Shown piece by piece: positions 1-12,280 of a stretch of 64,000 nucleotides of DNA. Source of the DNA: Octopus vulgaris. Its lineage: Eukaryota. The stretch lies in NCBI GenBank assembly GCA_951406725.2, contig OX597830.1, forward strand, positions 5,828,001 to 5,892,000, written 5' to 3'. The translations under genes were made by a program, and so were the position numbers. Below the pieces are notes generated by a model. The model worked only from the letters and a program-made list of their open reading frames with translations, ran no database searches and was not told the DNA's origin. Position 1 is the stretch's first letter; every line of letters begins with the position of its first letter.

Positions 1-669
1 ATATATATACTTTCATATCAGGTGTACATAAGATTTATGGATATTTTGTACATATACGTGCCCATGTATGTGTGCGCATGTGATTAAGCTAATGTCTTCA
101 CAGTTATCACCTACGAAATATTCACGGTATTTGATGTCCAAAGCTTACTTGACTGTTTCCTTTTGTTAGTGTTTTGTTTTACTTTGCTAATTCACATTTC
201 AAATTTCTCTCCGTATGTGCGCAGGAATTTCAGAAGCAAAACGATAATCTTCTCAAAGACCTTAGAGCAAATACGCACCTATATTCAGTGAATTGATACT
301 AATGAAAGAAAATATATTAAAATTATTCTTGAAGAAGTATCCAAGCGAATACATTTCGTGCCAAATTGCAGAACTCGAGACTGCAATGAACCATTTTTAT
401 TTCCGTTCTACGAATTTTTCTATACTTTCATTTTTCAAATATCAGATCGATACCAAATTTCAAGATTGGAGTCAAATAAAAATAAATAAAATAAAAAAAA
501 AACAATCAAGATATTAAATAATAAATAATGCGAAAATATTTTTATTTTTTAACTCTCATTATATTTCATCTTGACCTTTAGTGTGAGGCAGACACGTTGC
601 CTCATTAAGACGTGGTATCTATAATATATACCTACTATGTGTGCGTGCGTGTGTGTGTGTGTGTGCTCT

Positions 670-1697
670 ACTGTATCACTGTATCAACTTGACTATCAGA
701 CGTTGTTATACATCACTGGTCGCGTTGCGCTTCTTTCTTGATTGTGCCATTGTTTTCCGTCTTGTTTAAGTGAGTAGTTTTCCTATAGTTATGGGAGGCC
801 CTCTTCTAAGTGGTCTTTTCCGATCTCTTGAATATCACTCGACAACTGACTGCACTGGTCAAACTGTTGTCTGTGAACCTTTCGACTTATCACGGCTCAA
901 CGAAATTCTGCTTTGGTATTCTGCAATCACATTGTTCACTTCGCTCTCGAATTATCGCACTTCAAATAGGCTGCCGTAATCATATTCCTAGAATGCCCCT
1001 TTCCCTGTCCCTTGGCATCGTTACCAATCGATGTTCTTCCCCTTCATAGTAGCCCGCGTCTCACTTGCGTATAAGATCTCAGTTAGGACGGTGCTATTGG
1101 AATGTATGACACTTATAAACTGGTCCAGCTTCACTTAGGCTCATCTTTTATTTGAGACAAACTCCTTCTTTCATCCGACCCTTATTCTCGACGCATATTC
1201 TTTGTTTGCCCTAAAGTACACGTACTCCTTTATCTCCTGGATTTCATTGCTTCCCATTTCTAATCGGTCTTGTGCTACGTCTGCGGACTGCATGCATTTT
1301 GTTTTCATGCCTTTCATTTTAAAACCCCCTGCAGAGCTATGCATATCCAGCTGAGCAGCATGGTCTGCAGCTGAGTACAATGCGAACCGGAAGTGTGTTA
1401 GCAGCGTATCCAGGATGCCCACGCTTACGCTACCTGTCCAGTCGTCCCCGATCACTTATTGTTAACATGCTGGCTAAATCATTGAACAGACAGTATCTCT
1501 TTGTTTCACAATCTTTCCAGTTACAATACTTACCGGTGAGGATAGCATCGCTATATCCGTTGTGCATCCAGAGTTCGCATCCTCGAGCGATTTGATGTAT
1601 TGCGCTTCAGTAACTTGCATTTCCAGAGATTTTAGTAGCGTGTTCCTCTCGACACTACCGACTACCACTTTTTCAAGCACCTTGATGGTTTCCTGCG
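670..1697 (-). mobile_element. Decayed RTE-clade LINE, 3' part (RT C-terminal region plus 3' UTR)
   Basis: Minus-strand translations include 'KIVKQRDTVCSMI' (VRQGD-like), 'LLTHFRFA' (HLRFADD-like), 'GFKMKGMKTKCM', 'EIKEYVY' and 'RIRVG'. Frameshifts and stops are present. Confidence 0.8.
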
Positions 1698-1704
1698 AGA
1701 GAAG

Positions 1705-1916
1705 GAGTTAAAAAATCAAACCAATATTGAAAGAGTTCATCAGCTCCCGAACTCCAGATTTTTATGCTACCAGAATAAACAAACTGGTAACTCGTTGGCA
1801 AAAATGGTGTTGATTGTAATGGTACTTACTTTCGTGAATAACATTTCCACATTGATGCAATTGTTGTGATGATTTTCAGGTTTGAATACATTGATTACTT
1901 TTTACTCAGCCTCATA
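1705..1916 (+). mobile_element. Mariner transposon remnant (transposase C-terminus plus degenerate right TIR)
   Basis: Translates as EFISSRTPDFYATRINKLVTRWQK/VDCNGTYF with one frameshift, a typical mariner C-terminus. Followed by the TIR-like 'ttgattactttttactcagcctcata'. Confidence 0.75.
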
Positions 1917-2039
1917 GCTTTAATTATATACTGAGTTTTTAAGACATTATATTTATGAAATGATTTTCTCTCAGACACAAACAGAGCGGCATGCTTTCTA
2001 ATGGTGTCCTAATCATCGTCATCATCGTATCCGTCGTCG

Positions 2040-2460
2040 TCGATGTCGTGTATCATATACTTGCACTACGCTGGTGACACTATAGGGAAAAGCCTTCCCA
2101 ATCAAGCGCGAGTCCTCCACCTGCGTTGCCATTCTTATCCAAACAGCTCCTGATAGTTTCCAACCACTGCGTTCTTTGCCTACCTCTCGATATACTTCCT
2201 TCTACTCTTACTAGCATAATAGTATTTTCCAGACCTCTGCTTCCAATATGCCCATGATACCTGGGTTTCGTTTTCTTCACAATGTTCATGAATTGTCGTC
2301 TTTCACCTTCTTGTTGTTTCATCCATTCCTTTGACTGATGATCCTAGTAAGAGACTCGTAACATTCTCCAATACACCCACATTTCAAACACTTCAGTTAT
2401 ATTCTCTTCAAATTTGTTCAGAGTCCACACCTATTGGCCAAATAAGCCCTGACACTCAGT
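2040..2460 (-). mobile_element. Second decayed RTE/BovB-like LINE 3' fragment
   Basis: 'VWTLNKFEENITEVFEMWVYWRMLRVS' and 'KKTKPRYHGHI...LENTIMLVRVEGSISRGRQRTQWLETI' match RTE ORF C-terminal motifs. Confidence 0.8.
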
Positions 2461-2779
2461 TTATGCTTTCAACGGTGTGTATACATTAAATATGAAATAA
2501 CAGAGAGGGCTACTTAACTCTAATGTTGTTTCGATTGCGCGCACAATATATGTACTTATGTGCTACTATTAGTTTCATGCGATGAGAGCATGCCAAACAG
2601 TGTTATGCCATCTGTCTTATGATTGTGCTAGGACACCAGACGTGTTAAAAATGCTTGTCATGCTCTCAGTACATGAAACGAATAGTAACACATAAATACA
2701 TGTATTGTGTGTATTAAATAATATTTATCTCTCAACAGGTGGAGTCATTTTTTGTTGATCTTACCATCATGGAACAATA

Positions 2780-2815
<36 letters not shown>

Positions 2816-3405
2816 GCACACACACACACACACACACACACATACAGTCATACACAGTTGATATGGTAACAGAAGGGGAAAAAGCAAATTAACCTTCCTC
2901 TGTTGCATCTACCAATTTATTAATCAGCTGGCAGTTACATTCGTATAAACGTATAAAGTTTGGAAGAGCACAGACAACCGTATCCATAAGACGTAGTGTA
3001 TACTTGCCTTTTAGATAAGATGTAGGTTTTTCTTTGCAAGATTATTGGTACAGAATTCTTCAATAAAGACTTTCAAAATGAGTGAATTATTCTTTCTTTT
3101 TTTTAGATAATTACCAATGTTTTCAATATTAAAGATATTTTTAAAAAATCGATGATAATCAAAGATGTATTCGTTATATAATATTAATACAAAGTTTATT
3201 AGATATCTTAATTAATAATGGATTTTTGACAATTAATTTCAATTGCTTTGATTGTTTGAGCAGCAACATATAATTTGGAATCGAGTTTGAGAGGAAATTC
3301 AGATGAGGATGAATGGATACTTGAGGTAGTTTTGTGGGTTTTCGTCTGGTTGCATTTCCTAATGGTCTAGGTCATGGTCAGCCTACATACAGACTCACAA
3401 AAATG

Positions 3406-3440
<35 letters not shown>

Positions 3441-3559
3441 GTGTGCGTTCATTTATATGTGTGTGTGTTGGTGTGTGTGCGTGTGTGCTTACTAGGTTAC
3501 CATTAACTCTGTAAATGGGAATTATAACTAATCGTTTGTTTTTTCCTTCACAAAATAAA

Positions 3560-3735
3560 AATAAAATTTTGTCTAAAGAAGAAAGAATTGAATTGGTACT
3601 TCTCAGTGGACACATGAGATGGTCCTCTCCACTGACAGCAGATGCTTTCAACGGGCACCCTCCCAGAAGAACGCTCTTTACGTTTCCCACGGTAAAGAAG
3701 GCGATCAAGGAATTCAAAGATACGAGCAGTTTCAA
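3560..3735 (+). mobile_element. Tc1/mariner transposase N-terminal HTH fragment (DUF4817-like)
   Basis: 'LSKEERIELVLLSG...TADAFNGHPPRR...TVKKAIKEFKDTSS' resembles the paired-like HTH of this transposase family. Confidence 0.6.
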
Positions 3736-3989
3736 ATTTTGCAACGCCAGAGGTGGAAAGGAGGCTGAAGAATGTTATTCATTAATGGAATTGAATAAAA
3801 TGATTTAAAATATACACATTTGTCTGTGTGTCCAGATTTTATTGTTATAGTTGTTGTTGGAATTGTCTAGGATGATGATGTCATAACCGAGTTTGTGATT
3901 ACAATGGTCTTTGCAATACTCAGACCCTCTTTTGATGACATCAGTCACATCTGTGAAGAGCAGGCTTGTTTTGTCCTCAATGACAGTAT

Positions 3990-4048
3990 TGGTGGTGGTG
4001 GTGATGGTGGTGGTGGTGGTGGTGGTGGTGGTGGTGGTGGTGGTGGTG
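3990..4048. repeat. (GGT)n microsatellite
   Basis: Direct read of the sequence. Confidence 0.95.
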
Positions 4049-4470
4049 TATATGTGTCTGTGTTTCTTTCTTTAGGATTTTGAGAATATCATTCATAAGC
4101 CACTTTGCTTTTGACAGTCTTTATCCCAGCTTCGATGACTTTGCACTGATCTGCTATCCATCTCTCTCAAGATTGCCTCATCTTCTTCCTAACCGTCCTC
4201 CTATACACACCATTGTATTCTCCAGAAGGAACTGGAAAAGGCAGATCGCATGCTCAAAGATGGGAGACTCCCTGAGTGGATAACATCCCATCATGTCTAT
4301 AATACCGTTTAGAGTGGGGACCCAAAGTCTGGCTATATCAGTTAAGGGATCTAAAGGGTGATGATCCAAATTTTATGGTTCCTCTGAATTGTTATTTATG
4401 AATATTTGCATATATATATGAACACATATATGCATTTATAATAATATACGCATGTATATGTATGTATATA

Positions 4471-5359
4471 CAGGGTGTCCCAAAAGTCACCGATGGGTTT
4501 CAATTTTTAATAACTTCCTTAACTTCCCAAATAGATACATAAACTTTTGACACAATATAAAGGACATAAAGGAAATTAAATATGTACAAGTCACATTTTG
4601 CAACACTTCTACATCACATACGAAAAATAGCATCGTTTAAATGGCAACCATTTTCTGCTTCGCACGCCCGTGCTCTTTCCAAAACATTCACCACAACACC
4701 ATTACGAGTTTTAGACCCCACTCCTCTGATTTCTCTATTTATGTTCCCTTTCAGATGCCCCAGGGTCCCTGTTTTGTTGGCGTAAACCCTCCCTTTCAAG
4801 CATTCCCACAAGAAAAATCTGCGCTTGTCAAGTCTGGTGATCCTGAAGGCCATTCAAAGTAGACCTAACACATGGTTCAAACAAAATGGGGCAACTGCTT
4901 ATACCCAAGAGAAAGAATGCAGTTGCTACGGCCATGCTTTGGAGAGAGAATAATCTCCCGCTACGGCAATGTCAACTTGGATACACGTTTCCGAGATTTG
5001 ACTTGCACGGATTTTTTTCTTGTGGGGATACCTGAAAGAGAGGGTTTACTTCAACAATCCGGAGACCCTGGTGCAGATGACGGAGAACATCAATACAGAA
5101 ATTACAGAATTGGGGTCTGAAACTCTTGAGGGTGTTACGGTGCAAGTTTTGGAAAGAGCACAGGCGTGCGAAGCCGGAAATGGCTTCCATGTAAGCAATA
5201 TCCTTTTTCGCATGTGATGTTGTAGAGTTGCAAAATGTGACTTATACATATTTATTTCAACTATGTCCTTTATATTGTAGCAAAATTTCATGCATTTATT
5301 TGTAAATGTAAGTAAGTTTTTAAAAATTGAAACACATCAGAGCCTTTTGAGACACCCTG
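4471..5359. mobile_element. Fold-back Tc1/mariner element made of two transposase 3' ends
   Basis: Ends read TA|CAGGGTGTC...GACACCCTG|TA. Left arm (-) encodes EWPSGSPDLTSADF..LWECLKGRVY..ERARACEAENGCH. Right arm (+) encodes WFKQNGATAYT..RDLTCTDFF..WGYLKERVY..ERAQACEAGNGFH. Confidence 0.85.
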
Positions 5360-5395
5360 TACAATCTCTCTCTCTCTTTCTCTCTCTCTATCTCG

Positions 5396-5437
<42 letters not shown>

Positions 5438-5929
5438 GATATTAGACGGTAAGTCTTTGTGAAAATTCGAACTATGAATGATGTCATTTATATAATTAAA
5501 CGCCAATAATGATTCCATTCAATATTGTCCATTAATCAGAACTTTTGTCTAATAAATGAGATTACTAGCTCACACCACCCCGTCCTCTATCTCTCCTCCT
5601 CCGTTTATATGTGTACACGCGTGCGCGTACGTGTGTGCGTGTGTATGTGTTTGTGGGTATGTGCTTGCGTGTGTGTTGGTCTGCATTTTGGAAATGTAAT
5701 TGAGCCAAGAGACATTCGAGGGACACGAACACAAGATAAATCACTTGTCTATCTCCGAACACCAAGATTTTCCTTGCTGAATCAGATAATTACGAAGTTA
5801 TTCGTTATAAATAGCCTAAACAGGGATCTCCGTTACTATGGAAGACATGAGCGCGGTGTATGTATACATATATATGTGTGTGTGCGTGTGTCAGTATGTG
5901 CGTCTTTATCTGTGTGTTTGTGAGTGCGC

Positions 5930-6063
5930 GTGTGTATGCATTTAGAGAGATACACACACAAATATATATACATGCATATATACATACACACTCATTAAAA
6001 TATATATATATATATATATACACATACACACATAGAGAATGCGTGTATTTGTACGTTATACAT

Positions 6064-6159
<96 letters not shown>

Positions 6160-6373
6160 TTATACACACACACACATTGCCTACAGATGAGATCCAATGA
6201 TTTTTCTCAGTACAGAAGACAGTATTACTCAAATAATTCAAACTTAGAATCCGATGTCTTTAGGGGGGATTAGTTCCACGCGGTAAAGAATGGCTATAAG
6301 AAGTATCAATTTAAACAGATACAGAGGCAATTACGAATAATTGCCTCTACATATATATCTATATGTATGTGTA

Positions 6374-6415
<42 letters not shown>

Positions 6416-6509
6416 ATTATACATATATGTACATATATATACATATATATATACATATATGTACATATATATACATATATATATATACATATATGCATAT
6501 ATATATATG

Positions 6510-6561
<52 letters not shown>

Positions 6562-6590
6562 GAGAGAGAGAGAGAGAGAGAGACAGATAT
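5930..6590. repeat. Compound (TA)n/(CA)n/(GA)n low-complexity tract
   Basis: Direct read. This tract is the source of the YI/CV-repeat ORFs here. Confidence 0.9.
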
Positions 6591-6618
6591 ATAAATAAGT
6601 AACAATGATATCCAGAGG

Positions 6619-6710
6619 TTATGCAATACGATCGTTTCATGCAACTCCATTTAATTTAACAATACAATCATTACAACAAGTTAAATGCAGAGCAATCCTC
6701 AGCTGCACAA
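6619..6710 (-). ncRNA. Type I hammerhead ribozyme motif with long stem II
   Basis: Minus strand reads UUGUGCAG-CUGAGGA-[UUGC..CAUUUAA...UUAAAUG..GCAU]-GAAA-CGAUCG-UA-UUGCAUAA. Stem I is 8 bp (2 GU), both core boxes are intact, stem III is palindromic and the cleavage triplet is GUA. The first pair of stem II is a U-U mismatch. Confidence 0.7.
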
Positions 6711-6796
6711 AGACATAGAATTTAATTAAATTAAAACATTAGTATAATTATACCTAAAATCTCCAAGAAGTTGAGGAGATAAACAAAGACCATACG

Positions 6797-7330
<534 letters not shown>

Positions 7331-7449
7331 AGGCAATATTAATGGAGGTCACAAGAGTGACAAAGGGTACAGGGAGTAGCACCGCTTTTGCTAAAAATAT
7401 GAGTTAAAATAACTCAAAACCCACAATATCGCTGTCTTAAGACACCGAT

Positions 7450-7451
<2 letters not shown>

Positions 7452-7522
<71 letters not shown>

Positions 7523-7552
7523 TTAATAATTATAATAATAATAATAGTGATG

Positions 7553-7595
<43 letters not shown>
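7452..7595. repeat. (AAT)n microsatellite
   Basis: Direct read of the sequence. Confidence 0.95.
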
Positions 7596-7596
<1 letters not shown>

Positions 7597-8812
7597 CATA
7601 TATTTATACGCCTACAGACGCACACACACACACATACACAAATATATAAGCATTCGCTTACAGTAACAAATGATATAAAAGGAAATTGAGAATCATTCTT
7701 TCAGTGGTAGTAGTAGTAGTATTAGGAGGAGGAAGGGAGGGGGAAGAGGAAGAGTGGATGGGAAGAGGATGAGATGTTTTGTTGTCTGGCAGTTATGAAC
7801 TCTTGGGCAAGTGACCTCTGTGAAAATCCTCGGTTTAATGCGATAATTATAAGTGAAACTTGGAAAATAAAATCTGCAGGAAAACCCGACGTTGGGTGGG
7901 AGTCGGTTCATTTGGTCATTTTATTTGGTCCTTGAGTCTCTTTACTTCATAGAACATACGCACCACGTATTTGATCAGAAGAGAATTTCCGCTATTCAGC
8001 CAGTATTAGTCTCGACGTTGACCTTCTTTGAAAAATGACTTAGTTACATCTATTCTCTCTCTCTCTGATACACTTAGGATTTTTAAAGAAAAATCGATCG
8101 GATGATGAAATCAGTTCTGGCTGTGACCATCCTCTCTACGCAGACATACTTTATAAGAACTTTGCGAGAATTTCGTTATTTCTCGCAGTTCAGTCGATCC
8201 CTAAACAGTTCGTTCCCAGACTCGCTACCTTCTTTTATCAGTTAGCATTTGTGGTTAAAATCTTCTCCCTCAAGAGTTGCTCGTATTGCTAAAGACCAAC
8301 AGTTCCTTCTGTAATTCAACCTCAGTAGAATAAAATTGAAGGACTTGAAAGAATTAAGAGCTATTATTCCTTGGAATGTGGCCGAAGCGATGCCACGGAA
8401 GCAGTCCTCTGCAGCCCATCAATTATATATTAAAAAGACGTACATCAAACAAGTGAACTGTATCAATATAAATACTTGCTTCTAAAACTATTTTCTCTCA
8501 ACACAACAACCGGTCGGACACCATTTCGTTACTGCTAGCTGTTGTGCTATATTTCAGGTCAGCCATGATGAAGTATATCTGTAATTAAAAGCGTTCCAGC
8601 CATAACCATCTCTGCTACTTCCGGCATCATGCATCTTGGACTACGTTATCTTGTACAGTGTTTCTCAACCGTTGACCATACGACTCTAAGGCGTTCACTT
8701 AAGATTTTATTTGCTAAAACTTAAGCCCAATAAACTGGTTATAATTCTGCAATACACAAAGTATTAAAAAAACAAAAATTCACGCACTCTCTCTAATATT
8801 TCACTAGCAGGA

Positions 8813-9393
8813 GGCGGCGAGCTGGCAGAAACGTTAGCATGCTGGACGAAATGCTTAGCGGTATTTCGTCTGCCGTTACGTTCTGAGTTTAAATTCCGCC
8901 GAGGTCGACTTTCCCTTTTATCCTTTCGGGGTCGATAAATTAAGTACCAGTTACGCACTGGGGTCGATGTAATCGACTTAATCCGTTTGCCTGTCCTTGT
9001 TTGTTCCCTCTATGTTTAGCCCCTTGTGGTTAATAAAGAAATAGGTATTTCGTCTGCCGCTACGTTCGGAGTTCAAATTCCGCCGAGGTCGACTTTGTCT
9101 TTCTTCCTATAGGGGTCGATAAATTAAGCACCAGTTACGTACTGGGGTTGATGTAATCAACTTAATCCGTTTCTCTGTCCTTGTTTATCCCCTCTGTGTT
9201 TAGCTCCTTGTGGGTAGTAAAGATATAGGTATTTCGTCTGGTTTTTATTTTCTGAGTTAAAATTCCACCGAGGTCGATTTTGCCTTTCATCCTATCGGGG
9301 TCAATAAATTAACTACCAGTTGCATACTGAGGTCGATTTAATCGACTGGCCACCTCCTTCTAAATTTCGGGCCTTCTACCTTGAGTAGAAAAG
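8813..9393 (+). mobile_element. SINE family A (tRNA-like head, three tandem body units) with 18-bp TSD
   Basis: Head GGCGGCGAGCTGGCAGAAACGTTAGCA, B-box-like GAGTTCAAATTCC, and a repeated 'gtcgactttgcctttcatcctttcggggtcgataaattaagtaccag' unit. TSD is aatatttcactagcagga (8795-8812) / aatatttaactagcaaga (9394-9411). Confidence 0.9.
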
Positions 9394-10045
9394 AATATTT
9401 AACTAGCAAGACCCGCGAATATTGCACAAAATTAATGGAAACCTTCTTGGGTTATTTCTGAACTGTTTGTACAAAACATCTGAAAGCGTCGCCTGTTTTG
9501 TGTCTGTATCAAAAGATAGTCGCTCGTCTGTTAATCATTGAAAAGTGAAGGAAATTGGAATACAATGATTACTTAATGCACTTTATATATCTACACTCTA
9601 TATACTTCATACACAATTTTATAGACTTAATACACACCATCCTCCCTCTTTCTCTCTCACCCTTTGCCTTACCCTCTTTTTCTCTCGCTCTTCGCCTTTC
9701 CCTTCAACTAATCACATGAAATCCTTACAGACAGGCTAATTAATGGAGGAAAAAACTACATTTCACTCACCACCACCTTTCCCTTCCCTTTCCTCCACTA
9801 TCTTCCTTTCACCACTACATCTTTCCCCTCCCCACCCTTCCCATTCCTTTTCGCTACCTCACGTCCCCCTTCAAGTAATCAGTTGAAAGCGTTACAGGCG
9901 GGCTAAGTAACGGAGGAAAAATAGTTTTAAAAAATACACATTTCCCTCACGCCTTTTACCTCCCTCCCATCCGCTCTTCATCTTATCACGTGAAAGCGTT
10001 ACGGACCGGCTAAGTAACGGATGATCAAGCAGAATTATTATAAGA

Positions 10046-10425
10046 CTAGCTATTTTGACCTGTGCTTCGCTCGGGTTTTGGTGGTGGTGTTGTTTTGTGC
10101 GTGTTGTCTCCTTTTCCCTTTCTTCTTTTGTTCGTCTTCTTTGCCTGGTTCTTTTTATTGCCCTCTTCTTTTTCTTTTTCTTATTTTTTAAAATTTCTTC
10201 TTCCTCTTTATCTTCTTGGCGCTGCTCGCCGTCGCCTCGCGACGCTAATGACCACCCCAAAAACACCGCCCGTCTAGGAGAGGGACACGTTGATTTAAAA
10301 CCTACGGTTTCATGGGATTTCTTGTCATCTTGCTTCCGTCTGTCATTTGGTACTAATTACAGAGTCTTGGAGCGTGGCACTCGTGTTGCACAAGCATTTA
10401 TCACTATAATCTAACGACGTATAGA
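10046..10425 (-). mobile_element. Putative non-autonomous Helitron
   Basis: Minus strand starts A|TCTATAC and ends with a GC-rich imperfect hairpin (cccgagcgaagcacagg) followed by CTAG|T. Confidence 0.5.
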
Positions 10426-11253
10426 TGCCTCTTAATGTTGATCTGATTGTTTGTTCTATCCACTAAAAGTCCTATGGCGATAGAAGAGTGGCAGCGTGTG
10501 TAACACTAACTAGTTGGAAACTTGGAGCATGATACAATTTTCGCCTGCCACTTATGCTTCAAACCACGCAGATCTACATCGGAACTGAAATGTAATGTGA
10601 GATATCATTGACAGTAACTCAGAAACGCCATTGACAAGGAGAAAGGAAAAAGGAGACGGCAAGCATCTGTGAAGATGGCGCAACCATTATACATATATGA
10701 TAATGCATTCTACATGTAAACGAAATTAAAATAGGTTTCTAGTTTCATATTGTAGTTTATTTCCCATTAATTGAGTCACCTATCTCTTTAAGAGAGTTAT
10801 TAAAACCACATTTTCAATGTACCTCCATTTCCAACGTTAATACCACTAATTACCCATTTAGATATATCTCTCTAAACGAAATTTTATTCCAATAAATTAC
10901 TATATCTTAGGTCAGGCAACGTTATACATACACACATAGACACACGAGAGTAAATCTATATACTGAAATATACGTATCCCTATATAAATATGTGAGTTTT
11001 TGTGCGTGGGCTTGTGTTTCTTAATATGTTAAAATGTACGAGTCATTAAAATGAATAACATTAATGCTATTAAAGCCAGGCAGAATTAACAAAGGAAAGC
11101 TTAGAGAAAACAGTTGCAGAATGGAGAGATACGTTCGCTGTTTCAGATTAAGATTCATTGACAGCAGACGACTCCGTTGGATGTGTATTGCTTGCATGTA
11201 TGCTTATATAACACACACAGACACACACATACTTATGTATATATATATATACA

Positions 11254-11648
11254 GGCGCAGGAGTGGCTGTGTGGTAAGTAGCTTGCTAACGAACCACAAA
11301 TTTCCGGGTTCAGTCCAACTGCGTGGCATCTTGAGCAAGTGTCTTCTGCAATAGCCCCGGACCGACCAATGCTTTGTGAGTGGATTTGGTAGACGGAAAC
11401 TGAAAGAAGCCTGTCGTATATATGTATATAGATATATGTGTTTGTGTGTTTGTGTGTCTGTGTTTGTCCCCCTAGCATTGCTTGACAACTGATGCTGGTG
11501 TGTTTAGCGGTTCGGCAAAAGAGACCGATAGAATAAGTACTGGGCTTACAAAAAGAATAAGTCCCGGGGTCGAGTTGCTCGATTAAAGGCGGTGCTCCAG
11601 CATAGCCGCAGTCAAATGACTGAAACAAGTAAAAGAGTAAAAGAGTAA
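11254..11648 (+). mobile_element. SINE family B, full length
   Basis: Head GGCGCAGGAGTGGCTGTGTGGTAAG (A box) and GGGTTCAGTCC (B box), internal TA/TG tract, tail (GTAAAAGA)n. Many copies occur in the window. Confidence 0.9.
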
Positions 11649-11744
11649 TATATATGTGTGTGTGTGTGTGTGCGTGCGTTTGTGTGTGTGTGTATACATA
11701 CATATATATGTATATATATACATACATATATATATATATGCTTC

Positions 11745-12140
11745 TCATTCGGATTCCCTGATATTTTCGCATGATTGTACCCTAAATCTCTTCACAAAAC
11801 TGGATTATGAACTATAAGGACATGCACATATTCTGTAAGTTCAAGACTTTTCATCGGATCTCCAAGAATCGAACTTATCTACGATTCTTGTAAATTTCAA
11901 TAACAATCTGTTCCTCTACACGATATGACAGTCACTTTGCTTTTACTCAGACTTTCCTCTACATGATATGGCAGTCACTTTGCCTCTTACTCGGATTTTC
12001 ATGACTGTATCCGAAAATTTCTTCACACAACTTGATTAAAAATTCAATATGAGCTATATATAGACATGCACAAATTCTGTAAGTTTAAAACCTTTCATCG
12101 GATCTCCATGAATCGAACTTTCTTCAATGCAGTTAATCTT
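11745..12140. repeat. Imperfect tandem duplication (about 240-bp unit) directly upstream of a hammerhead
   Basis: 'gacatgcacatattctgtaagttcaagactttt catcggatctccaagaatcgaactt' recurs near 11820 and 12063. An internal unit of about 40 bp is also doubled at 11910-11990. Confidence 0.75.
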
Positions 12141-12192
12141 ACAACCTCTTTTGTATCTACCCCTTTTGATGTTTGGGAATTCTCTGATGTTT

Positions 12193-12280
12193 TTTCGGCT
12201 GACGAGTACGAGCCATCTGTATTCACTGCATTTTTTGTAGCTTATTAAAGATGTCCTCGTACGAAACGATCGTACCGAGA
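12193..12280 (+). ncRNA. Type I hammerhead ribozyme motif, canonical core, extended stem II
   Basis: Reads UUUCGG-CUGACGA(12199-12205)-GUACGAG..CAUCU...AGAUG..CUCGUAC-GAAA(12263-12266)-CGAUCG-UA-CCGAGA. Stem II base is a perfect 7 bp, stem I is 6 bp, stem III is palindromic. Predicted cleavage after 12274 (GUA). Confidence 0.85.
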
